Shown: positions 25,201 through 37,994, counted from the stretch's first letter. The stretch is 64,000 nucleotides of DNA from Pelomyxa schiedti (GCA_020536535.1 JAHLWZ010000733.1:101491-165490), one strand, 5' to 3'. The notes: generated from the letters alone by a model not told the origin. Program-made: numbers and translations.

Positions 25201-28200
25201 CAGTCGTCTCTGATTTCATGGTAAGCCTGGATCAGGCCAGACAGCCGTAATAATTCCTATTTTCAGAATCACCTTTTGCGCAATATTGTATTCCCCAAAC
25301 GCACAGTGTTGCATTCAAATTTGGATATTTTTCAAATGTTTGTTGAACAATGGAAAGGGAAGTTCATACCGCATAAGGTTTGAACCTATCCAAAACACAA
25401 TGAAGGGTTCTAACTTATTAAAGAAAATAATCATAGAGTACCTATCAGCCTCTGGGAGGAATGAAAAGATGAACAAACTTCTACGTTTTACAGGGCTACA
25501 GCTAATTGGGGTTCTGGTCGCCAATGGGCTGCCAGCTTATGATAGAATAAATGATACAGAAACAACCGAGTTCAAATTCTTTGAAATTCTACTCAGTAAT
25601 ATCAACAATGTCTCAAAAGAAATATATGAAACCACAGCAGAGGTACTCTTCCGCACCCCTCCTTCATTTTTCTGACCTACAATACAGGTCTGTGGCCTAA
25701 TTTTAAGTAAGCAGTCGGTATTTGGAATGAGTGATAGTCCCTTTGAGCAACTTGCTTATGAAAAAGTAACCTTCAGAATTTTTTCTCAATCTTATCATTC
25801 TGAAGATCAATGGTATGCTGGCCAGAAACGATTTACTACAAGCCTTATTATGCTTGCAAAAAATTGGTGCCCGTTGTCTTCCATTCTTGCAAATGGTAAG
25901 TTCCTTGTTTAAGTTCCAGAATTCTAATGAAGAATCGAGTTTCTACTCAAAATTTTTGATCTCATCCCAACGTTGGCTGGTCAGCTAAGAGCTATTGCCC
26001 TTTCACTCATAAAGTGGTGCACAAAGACAATCCAAGATCTGTTTCAGAAGCTTCAAGCAATTAAAATGGAAGAATTACTAAAATACAGGTTTTCCCTTTA
26101 CACTGCATAGTTCCTCCTTAGAACTGTAGGGATACTGAAACCCAACTCGTTATGCTGGGAATCCTACATGATGCTCTCCCTGTGATCTCTAATGACGATA
26201 CACTTGGCATCATCAATGTCGTTACTCCCATTTTCCCACACCACTCGGCTTTTGCTTGCAGGGTTTTCACAAAAGTGGTGTCTTTCTTTTTGTAAACACA
26301 ATTTTAGGAAGCTTATTATGAAACCCTATGCTGGATATATGATAACAAGCCAGAGCTTCGTGTCCATGTTCAACATGAAATTCTTCTTGGTTTTTGAGTA
26401 ATCACATCTTTACCTATAACAGCAATTCAGGAATTGTTGACAACGATCCTGCAATTCAAATCAAAATCTTTTCGTTCTTTGATGATGTAACTCGTACACC
26501 ATCTGGGAGTGTACCCCGGCTAGTACAAGTTTGCAGGTATGTCAAGTCACTATCTCAAAGTCTCTTGACGGTATTCTTAGCAATCTCTATGCACCTCAAA
26601 TTGAAGATCATTGGTTGAGTTTTGCATCAAATCTTATTCTCAACCTTTCTCGAGCAAGCCCGGACTATGATAGACCCATTTTCGATAAACCCTTGAGTGA
26701 ATGCCAGTTTCATGACCTAAATATTGATTCCTCTTGGCAGCACAGAGCCACTCCAATGACACCATTGTTCTCTTCACAATTGAGCTCTCTGGATGTAAGA
26801 AAATTAAACAATATTTGCACTCAAACAACCAGATGGATATGCCTCCACCGTCGGCAGGAAATATTAGAGGAACACAGGAGTTCTTATTTACACCGACTCA
26901 GTCTCCCAGTATGCTCCCACGACAATCTTATTATCCAACTGTGCCAGTGGTCAGCCTTGAACCTAGCCAGTCATTGCAGAGGACATCGCTAATATTTACA
27001 TTTGCACCTCCTCCATCTTCTGCTGACACAGCAATGATTGATTTTAAACCTCTAAGTACCCAAGGAATACCTGATTTAAACACTCATATGTCGTCCTCCC
27101 CTGTGAAATGATACATCTCAACTCCTATACAGCGAGGAGAAGCGAGAACCATTTTGGAATGTACGACGGCGATTTACACCAAACCCAGGCAAGCACTCAC
27201 TGTGAAGTGATAAACTCACAGTACCCTAGCAACCCAGGATATAATTCTAGCACAACGTAAGAAACAGAAGCAACTGGAAGCGTTGCGGGCAAGGCAAGCA
27301 GAACAACGTGCTGGGCAAGTTACATTGTTCAGGAAGTACAGAATCGGTATGGCTGTACTGTCAAATAACTCTTATCTCATTCCAGTGGAAAAAAGGAGAA
27401 CTACCTGATATTCAAATAAGACCAAAGGAGATAATACAACCACTGCAAGAACTAACAAAGAGAGACTCAGTTGTTTCCAGAAAACTTTTTAGCACAGTAT
27501 TCCAGGCTATTCTGAACTCCTTGCCAAAGGTAACAAGTAAAGTTTTCCAGCAAATGCCTGAAAGGGTCTCCTCTAAGGATACAGAAGATCTGGTCATAGA
27601 AACATTGTACAAGTCACTTGCAAGTCTTCTACAACGGTCGTGCTACACAGCTCCATTCATAGGAACACTCCATATTATAAATATGATGATGATAAAGAAG
27701 TCCCCAGTATGTTCCCTTACAGTTCAGCTTCCCCCCAACTGCAAGCAGAGTGCCTTGTTACCTTCCCAAATCGTGGGTGCTTCCTCACAACGGGCATATT
27801 CTGTTCAAACTGGAATTTTGTTGTTGGAAAAGATGATTCTTCTAAAAAGAGATGAAAAAGCTGAAGTAATAGAAGATGACTGGGCTCAGGTAGAACAAAG
27901 TAAAACCGCAATTTCTAAGCATTCACAGCTAGCAAATCTCTACAAAACCATTGATGAAGAAGATATTTTACTTGGTCTCTACGATAAGCACTTCAGTAGT
28001 CAATCATACACAAAGGTACAATCCTTTTTTTTTTTTTTCCTTTTTTTTTTCATCCCTGAACGTGAATAGAAAGCCCTCTTGTTGGAACTGTCTGGTGACT
28101 ACCAAGGTGCTTTCCAAATTTATGATGAAGTGTGCATCCTTTTAATGAAATAACTTTTAATGCTGTAACGTAGGCCACAAAACTATTGGATTGTGGGGGA

Positions 28201-31200
28201 CCTTGGAAGGAGTGTAGCCCGTCATCACACGAAGTCGAAATGTGGGAAACTGGCCGCCTTGAATGCCTCAAGAAGTTATTACGGTGGAGTGACTTAGGGG
28301 AGAACACAGTAGTTGAACTTGTTGATCCCGCCAATGAATTCTCAGTTTCACAGCTCTACACTCTTTTTTCTCCACAATTTCAGGTTTTTCCTTCCTCTTT
28401 TGTAGCCTCTTATTCTCCACTAGCAACTGGGCTATCTTAACTTTTTCATTACTAGCCATTTGAAGCTCAAGGAAAAATGGCCTGTTCTCTTTGATTTCAT
28501 TGACAAGTGCCCTGAAAGATACAAACCTGCTCTAGAGGAACAGTTTCCTTTACGTAATACCTTTAATTGCATTTTTTGCTCAAGTTTCACATGACTTAGA
28601 ATTGGCTGTAATTGCAATCCTTCGGTCAGATTATGATCGTAGTCGGTATTATATCAACCATTGCTATCGTGCATTTATAAAGGACTGGGGAAAATTGCAT
28701 ACACTTGCTCGTGAAGCAAAGCATGCCAAGTTGCAGCAGCTGCAACTTCTCGTTGAAATGGAAGAATTCTTAAACTTCATTTGTAAGGACACCAATTTTC
28801 TCGGCCAGGGCCCAGTGAATACCCTGCTCTCTAGTTGGCGTGAGAGGTATTTCTACCACCCCAACTTTTCTCACTTCAATATTGTCTCCTTCTGAAAGAT
28901 TGCCTTCTATCGAAATGGATGACATAAACGTGTGGGATGATGTCGTAACGAATCGTGCCATTTTGTTTGAAAAGATTTATGATCACTTTGGGCAAAACTG
29001 GGAGAATGCACACCATGAGAAAGACACTGAAGTATGACAATAAAACCCCAAGACCTTAAGAAGCAACTAACAAGAAATTAGCCCTCTGTAAACTTATCTT
29101 CTTTGAAAAAGCAATTGCTAACTGAAAGGGCTTTGCTTTATAGGACAATGTCGAATGCTGCTCGGAAAAAGTATTTCTTAAAATTCTCTAAAATCTGACG
29201 GTCTGAAGAAATTCCCTCTCAGTCTCTGAAGTTTACCTGAAGTTATCACTCAAGTCGTTTCCTGTGAAGGGAGAGTTTGATTTTGCGTTTTTCTACTCTC
29301 TCGTGAAGCTGTACTTGGCTAAAGTCTCCGTTCTCAGTCAACCTGAAGAGCAAACAGGCAAACTCCTAAATACCTTGACCTTCATTCTCTCAAAGCAGGT
29401 TTGCTCCCTTTTTTTGTCACCACGAAGAAACATTTTCTTTCATGTATAGGATGAACCGTTAGTACAAGCTGATGTGATAAATAGAAGGAAGTACTTGACC
29501 ATACAAGGCGATATATACAGACAACTTGCAGAATTAGTTGTCCAATCACCAAAAACTGTAGAACCATTGCTTGCACAACTTCTTTCAGGGAAATCTTCCA
29601 CAACCAGTTATTCAGGTGTTGTACGAAACATTGGCATAATCTGTATCAATAACACCCACAAAGCTGCCATTTTACAGACTACACTCCAACTTTTCGATAG
29701 TGTTTCTGCATTGGTTCTTGATACTGAACAGGTACACGTCTTCCAATTGTCATTAAGTAACGGCAGTGTGGGCTAAAAAATCATCCCAGATTCACTCAGC
29801 TGCAAAGTCCTTCATGAAATTTTCATACTTTTGTGATGGCATGCTGCATAACTTGGCCTACGATTCTAGCCAAGTATACATGTTTCCTTGCCAAAATCAA
29901 CCGTCCTAATTACTGGCAGGCGTCATTGCTCGCGGAAAGAGTGGTTACAAGCACTCTCATCGCCATGAAGTACAAACACAGGCCAGCACAAGACAGATTC
30001 CCCAGAGTTTTATCCCTTATTGGCAAGTATCCATCCACACGACTTCTTTTCCAGAAAGCAGTAAGTGGCAGTGTGGGCCAGTTATTTTATTATTAAAGTA
30101 GTACTAGGCAAAGGAAGTACCTGTGTGGATGTTCTTGCCTTGGGTATCACAAATCCTGAGCATTCTAAATTCAGAAGAAGGCGACTGTGTACACATAATT
30201 GTTGCTGAAGTATTAGTTCAATGTAATTTTCCCGAACTAACACTCTTAAAAAAAAACAAGATTTCCAGACAGTACCCGCAAGCTATTGTTTATCCCATTT
30301 CCGTGAGTCGTGAGCAAATGACTCCGAGATCACTTGAGTTCATCAATGGAATATACTCTGAGGACAGAGACCTGCATATGTTCATGGATTCCTGTTGGAA
30401 GCTAACACACCCAGAGCATAGGCTTAAAGACTACCTTGAAAATTTGAGAGTACAGAAGACCTCGCACCCCAAATTCCATTTCATCATTACTGCAGGCTCT
30501 TCTAGGAAATAAAACCCTCAACAGGGAAAAAATAGTAGAGTTGCTTGAGATAATAAAGCAGGACGTCTTTCAAATTGATGAGAACTCGGGAGATTACAGT
30601 AAAACAAATTTCTCATCTTTCCCCAATTCACAACAATAGATAAGACATTTACAGAGCAGTGGAGAGACCCATTCTTCCAAATTGCAGGTAGGAAATTCCA
30701 CATAAATAAGGTTTGACTTTTGTAACAGGAGAACATGCCTCCAATATCTTAAGCAGCAAGTTTAACGTACAACAATTAGCCGATTTCATGGCCGGTATTC
30801 AGAAGAAAATGGTGAGGAAAGATTTAAAGCTGCACCATTTTTCTCAGTGGCTTTCCCGGTATACATTGTCGGGAACTGACACGGTACTTCTGGCGGTTAT
30901 ACCAAGCTGACTTACTTAAGGGCATTGAAATTCCAGGACAATACGATGGGTTCAGTTGTCCAAATTCTAGTCCACACATTTTTCTTTCATCTTGTTCGGA
31001 TGACGTGAGTTGACTAGAATCCCTCTTTTTCACACCTTAACGAAACTGTAGTTACTTATCATGCAATCGATGCGACTCCCTAAGCGGCTCACATTGTATG
31101 GGAATGACCAACATGAATACAGATTCCTGGTAAAAGGTGGCGAGGATTTACGATTAGATCAGCGTGTAGAACAAGTATGTGGTCTTTGTTTTCTAAGTTG

Positions 31201-32783
31201 CACTGGTGTAATCTGTACCTTAAGTTGTTTTCTGTAATGAATGATATTTTCCGACATGACCCTGGATGCTTCAAGAGACAGTTGCAACTGCTTACATATA
31301 AAGTATTTTTTCATGTTTTTTCTCAGCTCACCCTTGTAGGTAATCCCTCTGACAAGTAAAGTTGGGCTAATTCAATGGGTAAACAACGCCACACCAATAA
31401 AAGAAGTATTTGAAAAGCAATTTGCAGAAGCTTTGGTTGTCTACATTTAAATATTCTTTTGTACTCATTTCTTGTAAGGGAGTGAAGTCATTCTCTTTTC
31501 TTAAAGTACCTGATGATGGTGCCTTTCAAGAATGGTCTACGTTTTTGCGTTCGTTTGGACCAGCAGGTATCGTACCCTTAAACACTTTCTATCCTTATTC
31601 CAGCCGAAGGAACAACCCCATCTTATCTTTATCATGCCTTGTATTCAAAAGGAACTCGGGCTACATTACTTCACAAATTTGAAGAGCTTCAACAAAAAAT
31701 CCCTTGTGACTTGTTGAGGTTGTTCCTTTATCCTTTCACTAACTCCTAGAACCAACTTTTAAAGGGAGACTATTTCACGTTTGGCAAGTTCACCTGAGTT
31801 GTATTTGAGCATTCGTTCCCAGTTCGCTCGCTCTCTTGCTGCCTTCAACATAGGATCTTATATAATAGGTTGTCTATTTTACTACAAGTTTAGAAGCATT
31901 TACGGTCTATGCAGGCATAGGAGACAGACACCTTGAAAATTTTATGTTATCACTTACTGAGTATGTTTTACCTTCTACTTGTGTGCAACGGACCTCTCAC
32001 ATTTCGTAGTGGATCTCTTGTTGGAATTGATTTTGGACATGCATTTGGGACGGCCACTACGTTCCTTCTTGTTCCCGAGCTAGCACCGTTCCGATTAACG
32101 AGGCAATTCACCCAGTTTCTGCAGCCGCTTGATGTTGATGGACTTCTCAAGCACAATATGGTTCATGCACTGAGAGGTTTGTGACTATTTCTTGCTTTTT
32201 TCGAGAGTCACCCGCACCAGCTTTGCAAGTGAACAAAGATGTGCTACTTGCTACGATGGAAGTTTTCGTGAGAGAACCACTTCTTAACTGGGACCTGTCA
32301 ATATCTAAGATAGCAGGCCGGCCACAAAGTAGACCCGAACTTGATTGCTTATTTCTAAACAACTTTAGAAGATGCAGCTAGCAACAGGCAGTGGTTCCCA
32401 GAGAAGAAGGTAGAAATTGCAAAAAGAAAGTTGTCCTTGGCAAATCCTAGAGACATCACACTCACAGAGATACAAGTTAGTCACTCCAAGCCAATTTCAC
32501 CTCTTAACCACATCAACAAAAACAACAGGATTCACCAATGTTGGAAGGGAAGTATGGCAACATCAAGCCCGCCGTCATTGACACTTTGATGGGGGACCCC
32601 AAGTTTTGCATGAGAGCCACCGTCGGCCCCCTTTGTGCAAGTGTAAAGGTTAGTTAGTGTCATTTGACTGTAATGAAACACAACACTAACAGTCTGCAGG
32701 AACAAATCGACTGCCTGGTGGATCAAGCTACTGACCCCAACATTCTTGTTAGGATGTGGCAGGGCTGGCTACCATGGGTGTAG
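16216..32783 (+). CDS. PRKDC: DNA-dependent protein kinase catalytic subunit
   Basis: Many-exon PIKK with [60 protein letters not shown]...[12 protein letters not shown] and a FATC end [19 protein letters not shown] (stop 32781-32783). Confidence 0.97.
16582..16617 (+). repeat. (GTGGGA)x6 coding hexamer repeat (VG repeat) in DNA-PKcs exon 1
   Basis: gtggga x5 plus gtgggg, inside a Gly/Ala-rich, GC-rich stretch. Confidence 0.9.
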
Positions 32784-32915
32784 TAGTATGTGCTGGACTG
32801 TTGTGGTAACGTATTATCATTCTCCTTGGAATCAAAGGATGAAAGAGCGTTGAAATGAAAAAGCCTTTTTTGTTTGTTTGCCTCCATTGGAGTGTGCCGT
32901 GTCGAGTAGGCACAA

Positions 32916-33725
32916 TTACAGCTTAGTGCCACAATTGGGGCAGAATTTCGCGCCTGGGTTCTTGGTGCCACAGTTGGGGCAAAACTGTTGTGAAGTGAGT
33001 ATGACAGGGTACATGTGGGTAGTGCCAATACCTTTGCAGCTGCAGACGAAGTGGTTGAGGGAGAAGGGGAAGGAGTAGGAGTATGTGTTACTGCAGGGGT
33101 GGAACGGGGCGGGGGAGGTGGAGGCGTGGTTTCGATGGCGTGTGGCGGAGCTGGGGTGGGGCCTGTGTATTTGGTTCCTGTAAGGATTCTCCTAAGTGAG
33201 GACAGGGTCTAGGGAGCAGTAAGAAGCTTGACCCAGATGTTTGAAGTGTACCTGGTGCACTTGGTTAATGTTTTTAGCCTCGTACAGGTCAACAGTCATA
33301 AAGAGGTCAGGTACTGGAACTCCCAGTTTACGGCAAGCATTCAAAAAGGACTCGATATTTTCCTAGAGAAGAGGTGTAAGTAGTGCAATCGATGCCCGAA
33401 AGGCGAGTCGTGAAAGAGTAATTACCATCATTGGAAAAGCTGCTCTGGCCGTAGAAAACTTGCACATCCCAGGCTTATAGTGATTGACCAACCTGTGGGA
33501 AAGGAGTTTGTTTTTTTTAACAAAGAGGGGTGTAAGAAAGGTACTAGCGCACTTGCACAAAACGACTCCGCTCTTAAGGCCCTCGTTGAACGAAGGAACG
33601 AGGCGCTCGCCAGTCGTGCTTTCAATCCATCCTTTAAGATCTGCCTCGAGTGCGGGGTCGAAGGCAACACGTCTTTTCACCTGAAGATCAGCATCAAGTC
33701 CGTAGTTCGGTCCGTGATTGGCCAT
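32916..33725 (-). CDS. Transgelin/myophilin-like calponin-homology protein with Pro/Thr linker and C-terminal double zinc ribbon
   Basis: MANHGPNYGLDADLQVKRR...LKSGVVLC...ENIESFLNACRKLGVP..DLFMTVDLYEAKN. The last exon (after gtattg...caacag) reads FCPNCGTKNPGAKFCPNCGTKL*. Confidence 0.88.
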
Positions 33726-34179
33726 GCTTTTATCGTCGTTTGTTAGACCAGCACACACAGTGCAAAAAAACGCCCAATGAAACTGACCCGGATCTGAGGT
33801 TGGTTGCAATGCCACTACGTTAGTGTTCTTTGTTTGCTTTGTTTGTTGTATTATTTGCTGCGTGGTGTCATTTCGGTGCAGGGAACGAGTGTACCTTTGT
33901 TTTTATCGTTTTTTGTGTTGTTTCGCTCGCTCGAAGGGGAAAAAAAATTTATGAGATCGCTGAGTTTCAGGTGGTATTTTTAGTTTCGTATTGTGTAGTA
34001 AGGATTGTGTTCTTTAAGGAATCACAAAGGAACACTAATATTAAGTAAAGGTGTAAGGGCAACTTGTTGGACAGTTGATCAGTGGCATTGTCTGTAAGAA
34101 GGGAAGGAGGTATTCAATTTGTTAGGGAATAAGTGGGATTAGGGAGCAAAGCGGGAAGAAAGAGATAGTGAGAAAGAAA

Positions 34180-34865
34180 ATGAGAGTGCCTCTGCCGTTC
34201 CCGTTATCACCGGCACTTGTTCCGCCGCTCTTTGGGGTTTCCTTGCAGTGGATGACAGTGTTCTCTTTCGCTATGGCTGAGATTTTTGTTCTATTGATTC
34301 TGCTCACACCACTGCCGAGAAGATGGAGGCTTTGGCTGTCAGGAGTGATTGCGAGCATTCCGCGAAGGCCAACTATCTCTTTGCTGATCAAAGTTGCTTT
34401 TGTGATCCTTCTTGGCCTTTTTGCGGATTCCATACGAGAAGTATTTGGTTCAATGGAAGCGGCAATGATAACACCGCAAGATGCTTTGTTTCAGACAAGG
34501 TAGGAAGAGTGAGGAATTGCCTTCGCGCCTAATGTACTAATACAGAGCGTTCAGAGCTCAAAGAAATGCCTACATGACTGGTGTTGCTTTGCTGTTGATG
34601 GGGTTACTCAACCGCGTCTATAAGTACATAACAGCAGCTTTGCAGGCTGAGGCCGAAGTCAGTATACTCAAGACTCAACTGAGGGACGTAACGGCACAGC
34701 TGTCTGTTGCATTGTCAGGGAAAGCAGAAATTCAGAATAAGTATGACATGGTTAGACGGTATGCCAAAAGGAAAAGGAAAACAATATACAAACTCTCTGA
34801 TAGGGAGATACTCTCTGAAGATACAGTTAGAGAAGTGCCAAGCACACAATAACCCTCAAGAGTGA
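34180..34865 (+). CDS. B-cell receptor-associated protein 29/31-like ER membrane protein
   Basis: SLQWMTVFSFAMAEIFVLLILLTPLP, LFADSIRE, FRAQRNAYMTGVALLL..LLNRV, then a coiled coil. The last exon boundary is uncertain. Confidence 0.85.
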
Positions 34866-35337
34866 AAGGAAGCTAGTGTCTGGTTTTTTATAAATGAAAA
34901 AAAAAAGAAAACCCAAAGCACCTTTTCTTGGCAATGAGGAAAACAGTGAAAAAGAAGCACTAATGCTAAAGTCCTCTTGATTTTATATCCACACGGAACC
35001 ATAAGTCACAAATGGAACGACCCTTTGGGTTGCTGCACACCGTCACCGCGTTGTGCGAAAACAACTTGGAATGTCTTTTAGTAGTTTCTCAAGGGATTCA
35101 CTCATTTCAGAGTCTTACCCTTGATCATCTCACCAGGGTTGTGGTGTGCTTGAACTGTGCATGAACTGGAGGGGAGTCCAACAAGTGTCTCGAGATCAAT
35201 CTTGGTTTGATTCCGCCAGGGGGATCTTGGCAAGTCGGAATTCGCAATTGACAACAATTTAAGCTTGGCAATTTGGGAAAAAAAAAAACAAACAACAAGC
35301 ACAAACAACTAGGAAAAAGCGACAAAACAAGCACAAG

Positions 35338-36074
35338 ATGCCGAAGAACAAAGGAAAAGGAGGAAAGAACCGTAGGAGGGGTAAGAATGAAGGCGATGAG
35401 AAACGCGAACTTACGTTCAAGGAGGATGGCCAAGGTCGGTGTTTTTTTATTATTATATAATATTATATGTTCCTCGTCATTCTATTATAGCTTTTTTTTT
35501 TTCTCGTCTAAACTGATGTTCAGAGTACGCACAAGTTACGAGGATGCTAGGGAATGGCCGTCTCGAGGCCGCTTGCTTTGATGGTTCCAAGCGAATGTGC
35601 CATATTCGCGGCAAGTTGCGCAAGAAGGTCTGGGTGAATCAAGGCGACATTGTCCTTTTGGGCCTCAGGGACTATCAGGATGGCAAGGCTGATGTCATTC
35701 TCAAGTACAACTCAGAGGAGGCTAGGATGCTCAAGGTAACGCGTCCGTTCCTTTGTTCCTCGGTCTCTGACTTTCTTGTAGGCCTTTGGTGAATTGCCAG
35801 AGAATGCCAAGATCAATGAGACAGGTGGAGTTGACGAGGAGGGAGACAATGACGAACTCCACGTCGAGTTTCAAGAGGATCCAGGTTGGCCCCTAACCCA
35901 ACAACACAAGTCTAATACACTGTTATCTCCTAATCCTACGTGAGTCTAACCTCGGAAACAGATCCCTCGTTTCTTGGGAGGCCAGTTGCAACCCCAGCTG
36001 CTGCTCCGGCGGCTGCTGCGGCGTCTGCAAAGGTCCCTGAGAAAAAAACCACTTACACACTTGACGACATCTAA
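35338..36074 (+). CDS. EIF1A: Eukaryotic translation initiation factor 1A
   Basis: [17 protein letters not shown]...[38 protein letters not shown]...[21 protein letters not shown], ending ...LDDI*; 3 introns. Confidence 0.98.
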
Positions 36075-36470
36075 TGTCGGCTTGTGTGGTGATTATCATT
36101 GCTGTGCAACGGGGCTATCGTGGAGCCCTGCAGTCTGAACCGGTCAAATCAAGCGGCACTCTTCGTTCCCTTGCCACACTGTCTCCTCAACCTAGTGCCT
36201 TAGCTATCACCAAGACCACCTTAATCCCTTTGCACAGCAAATAAAACAAAAAACGAAACTTTGCCAAGTTCCTTTGCACTTTTTACTTTTTGCGTGTGGG
36301 TGTTAGGGATAACAGGCTCTCCTTCTATTTGCATTTAAAAATAATGATGGGGTAATCCTGGCTCGTTCTTACTTGAACCCCGTGTGCAGTGGTGCACTTA
36401 GGGTGTGGAGTTCTCTGAGGGCTTTTTTACCTTATGAGGGCGTTTTTGTGGTATTTTTCCACATGCTTTT

Positions 36471-36755
36471 ATGGAATGCACCTGCAGACTTGAAATGGGA
36501 GATCCGATCAGCTGTTCGTTCGCCGAGTTCTGCATGAGGGGACAGGGCACAGATCCAGATCCCAGCAAGGCCATCCAGTACTTAAACAAGGCAGTTGCCG
36601 CCGGCAGTGTGAAGGCAATGGCGAGCCTGTCCAGCTGCTATATGACGGGCACCGGCGTCGAGAAGGATAGCGAGAGCGCTCGTCTGGCTTCTTCTTCTGC
36701 TGCCCAAAAGCCAGCTCGTCTCCATATGCGACTCACAGCAACGCCGCGCAGTTGA
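36471..36755 (+). CDS. Short Sel1-repeat protein or fragment
   Basis: FCMRGQGTDPDPSKAIQYLNKAVAAGSVKAMASLSSCYMTGTGVEKD fits the Sel1 consensus. Only about 1.5 repeats; 5' end uncertain (possible ATG at 36346 with an intron). Confidence 0.55.
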   Translation: MECTCRLEMGDPISCSFAEFCMRGQGTDPDPSKAIQYLNKAVAAGSVKAMASLSSCYMTGTGVEKDSESARLASSSAAQKPARLHMRLTATPRS

Positions 36756-36827
36756 GGTTAAGTTTATAACTAACACACTGGACTTGGCATCCAAATCCTT
36801 TCTCACCAACACAATGTCGTGGTTAAC

Positions 36828-37994
36828 CTAGGGTGTGTTCATAATCCAGAGTCTTGCCAGTGGGGTGCCTGTGGTGGTGTAATGAATGCATGCAGAACCA
36901 TCGTGCCAGGTGGAGGAGGAATCATTATCCTCACTTATGGCAACATAAACTTCATCTGATGATGAGCAACGATTCAGCAGGGGGTTGTGACGGTAACTGC
37001 ACGAGGGCTTGCTCATGCCAGAAGAAGCGCCATACACCTCACACACCCCCAAATCCTTTCTCACCAAAACAATGTGCCCACTTGACACACCAACAAGGTC
37101 ATGCGTCCTCGAAGGGAATGCGCGCAGTTCCTGGCCAGTCGCACTGTTGTAAACTCTGTAGGGACCTCCCGAACTCGAATCGCCGTGCACAGTGAGGATC
37201 GTGTCAGGCGAGGCCCAAAGCAAGTCAAACGGGTCCTGCCCCGGGACCAAAACACTCTCCCTGGCCTTCACAGTGACCCCGGCAGCGACGGTCCTCTCCA
37301 TGTCAATAAACGACACGAGAGACGCCCTGGGCTCATGGACATACCAGGCGCGCATCCCAACGACAACCAGCTCGTCTCCACATGGGTCGAACGGGGAGAA
37401 CCTCGCGCCGAGGCCGTCGAGCGGGACCGTGCACGGCACGCAGACGCCGACGCCGCTGGGCGCGCGGCCGCCTCTCGTCATCCTCCACGCGACGAGGTTC
37501 TTCTCCGCGGTGAACTTCACGAGCCACTTGCGGTTGCTCCTCCAGAAGTAGTCCGCGTAGCTGTCGATTGTGGCCGTCACGTTCCCGCTGCTGTCGATGA
37601 CTTTTGCGCACCCCCACGTGGAACACACGAACTTGCCGTCGCCCGCAGTCCCAACGATGCGCCCAGACACCGCGCATTCGTCGTCGTCGTCGTCGTCGCT
37701 CCAGGAGCGGCACCAGGCCACGCCCAGCGTTGCGCTCAGTCCGATGAAAACGCAAACGTTCACGTTGTTCCGGGCCACGGTGATGGTGGTTCCTACCTCC
37801 TTGCAGCAACCAACGACCCAGTCGCGGCCAAAGGACTCACACAACGCGCGATTGTGGGACAGCGACTTGGCCGCGCTCCCAACCCCGCACCTCTCAATCC
37901 ACGAACTCGCGAACGCAACAAACTGTGATCGTGCATCGATGATGGGCTCGATTGTTGTGTGTCGTTGTTTTCCCACGACACCAACCGTCGCCAT
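36828..37994 (-). CDS. Intronless 388-aa hypothetical protein, lineage-expanded type, predicted beta-rich C-terminal part
   Basis: Uninterrupted, GC-rich ORF in an intron-rich genome. ARSQFVAFASSW...ALCESFGRDWVV N-terminal motif followed by short beta-strand-like segments. Confidence 0.75.
   Translation of the reverse strand: MATVGVVGKQRHTTIEPIIDARSQFVAFASSWIERCGVGSAAKSLSHNRALCESFGRDWVVGCCKEVGTTITVARNNVNVCVFIGLSATLGVAWCRSWSDDDDDDECAVSGRIVGTAGDGKFVCSTWGCAKVIDSSGNVTATIDSYADYFWRSNRKWLVKFTAEKNLVAWRMTRGGRAPSGVGVCVPCTVPLDGLGARFSPFDPCGDELVVVGMRAWYVHEPRASLVSFIDMERTVAAGVTVKARESVLVPGQDPFDLLWASPDTILTVHGDSSSGGPYRVYNSATGQELRAFPSRTHDLVGVSSGHIVLVRKDLGVCEVYGASSGMSKPSCSYRHNPLLNRCSSSDEVYVAISEDNDSSSTWHDGSACIHYTTTGTPLARLWIMNTP

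Noticed and set aside
35011-35308. Short ORFs between BAP31 and eIF1A (about 50 aa on +; a GTAAG-containing frame on -)
   Set aside because: No homology recognised and no coherent start-splice-stop model.
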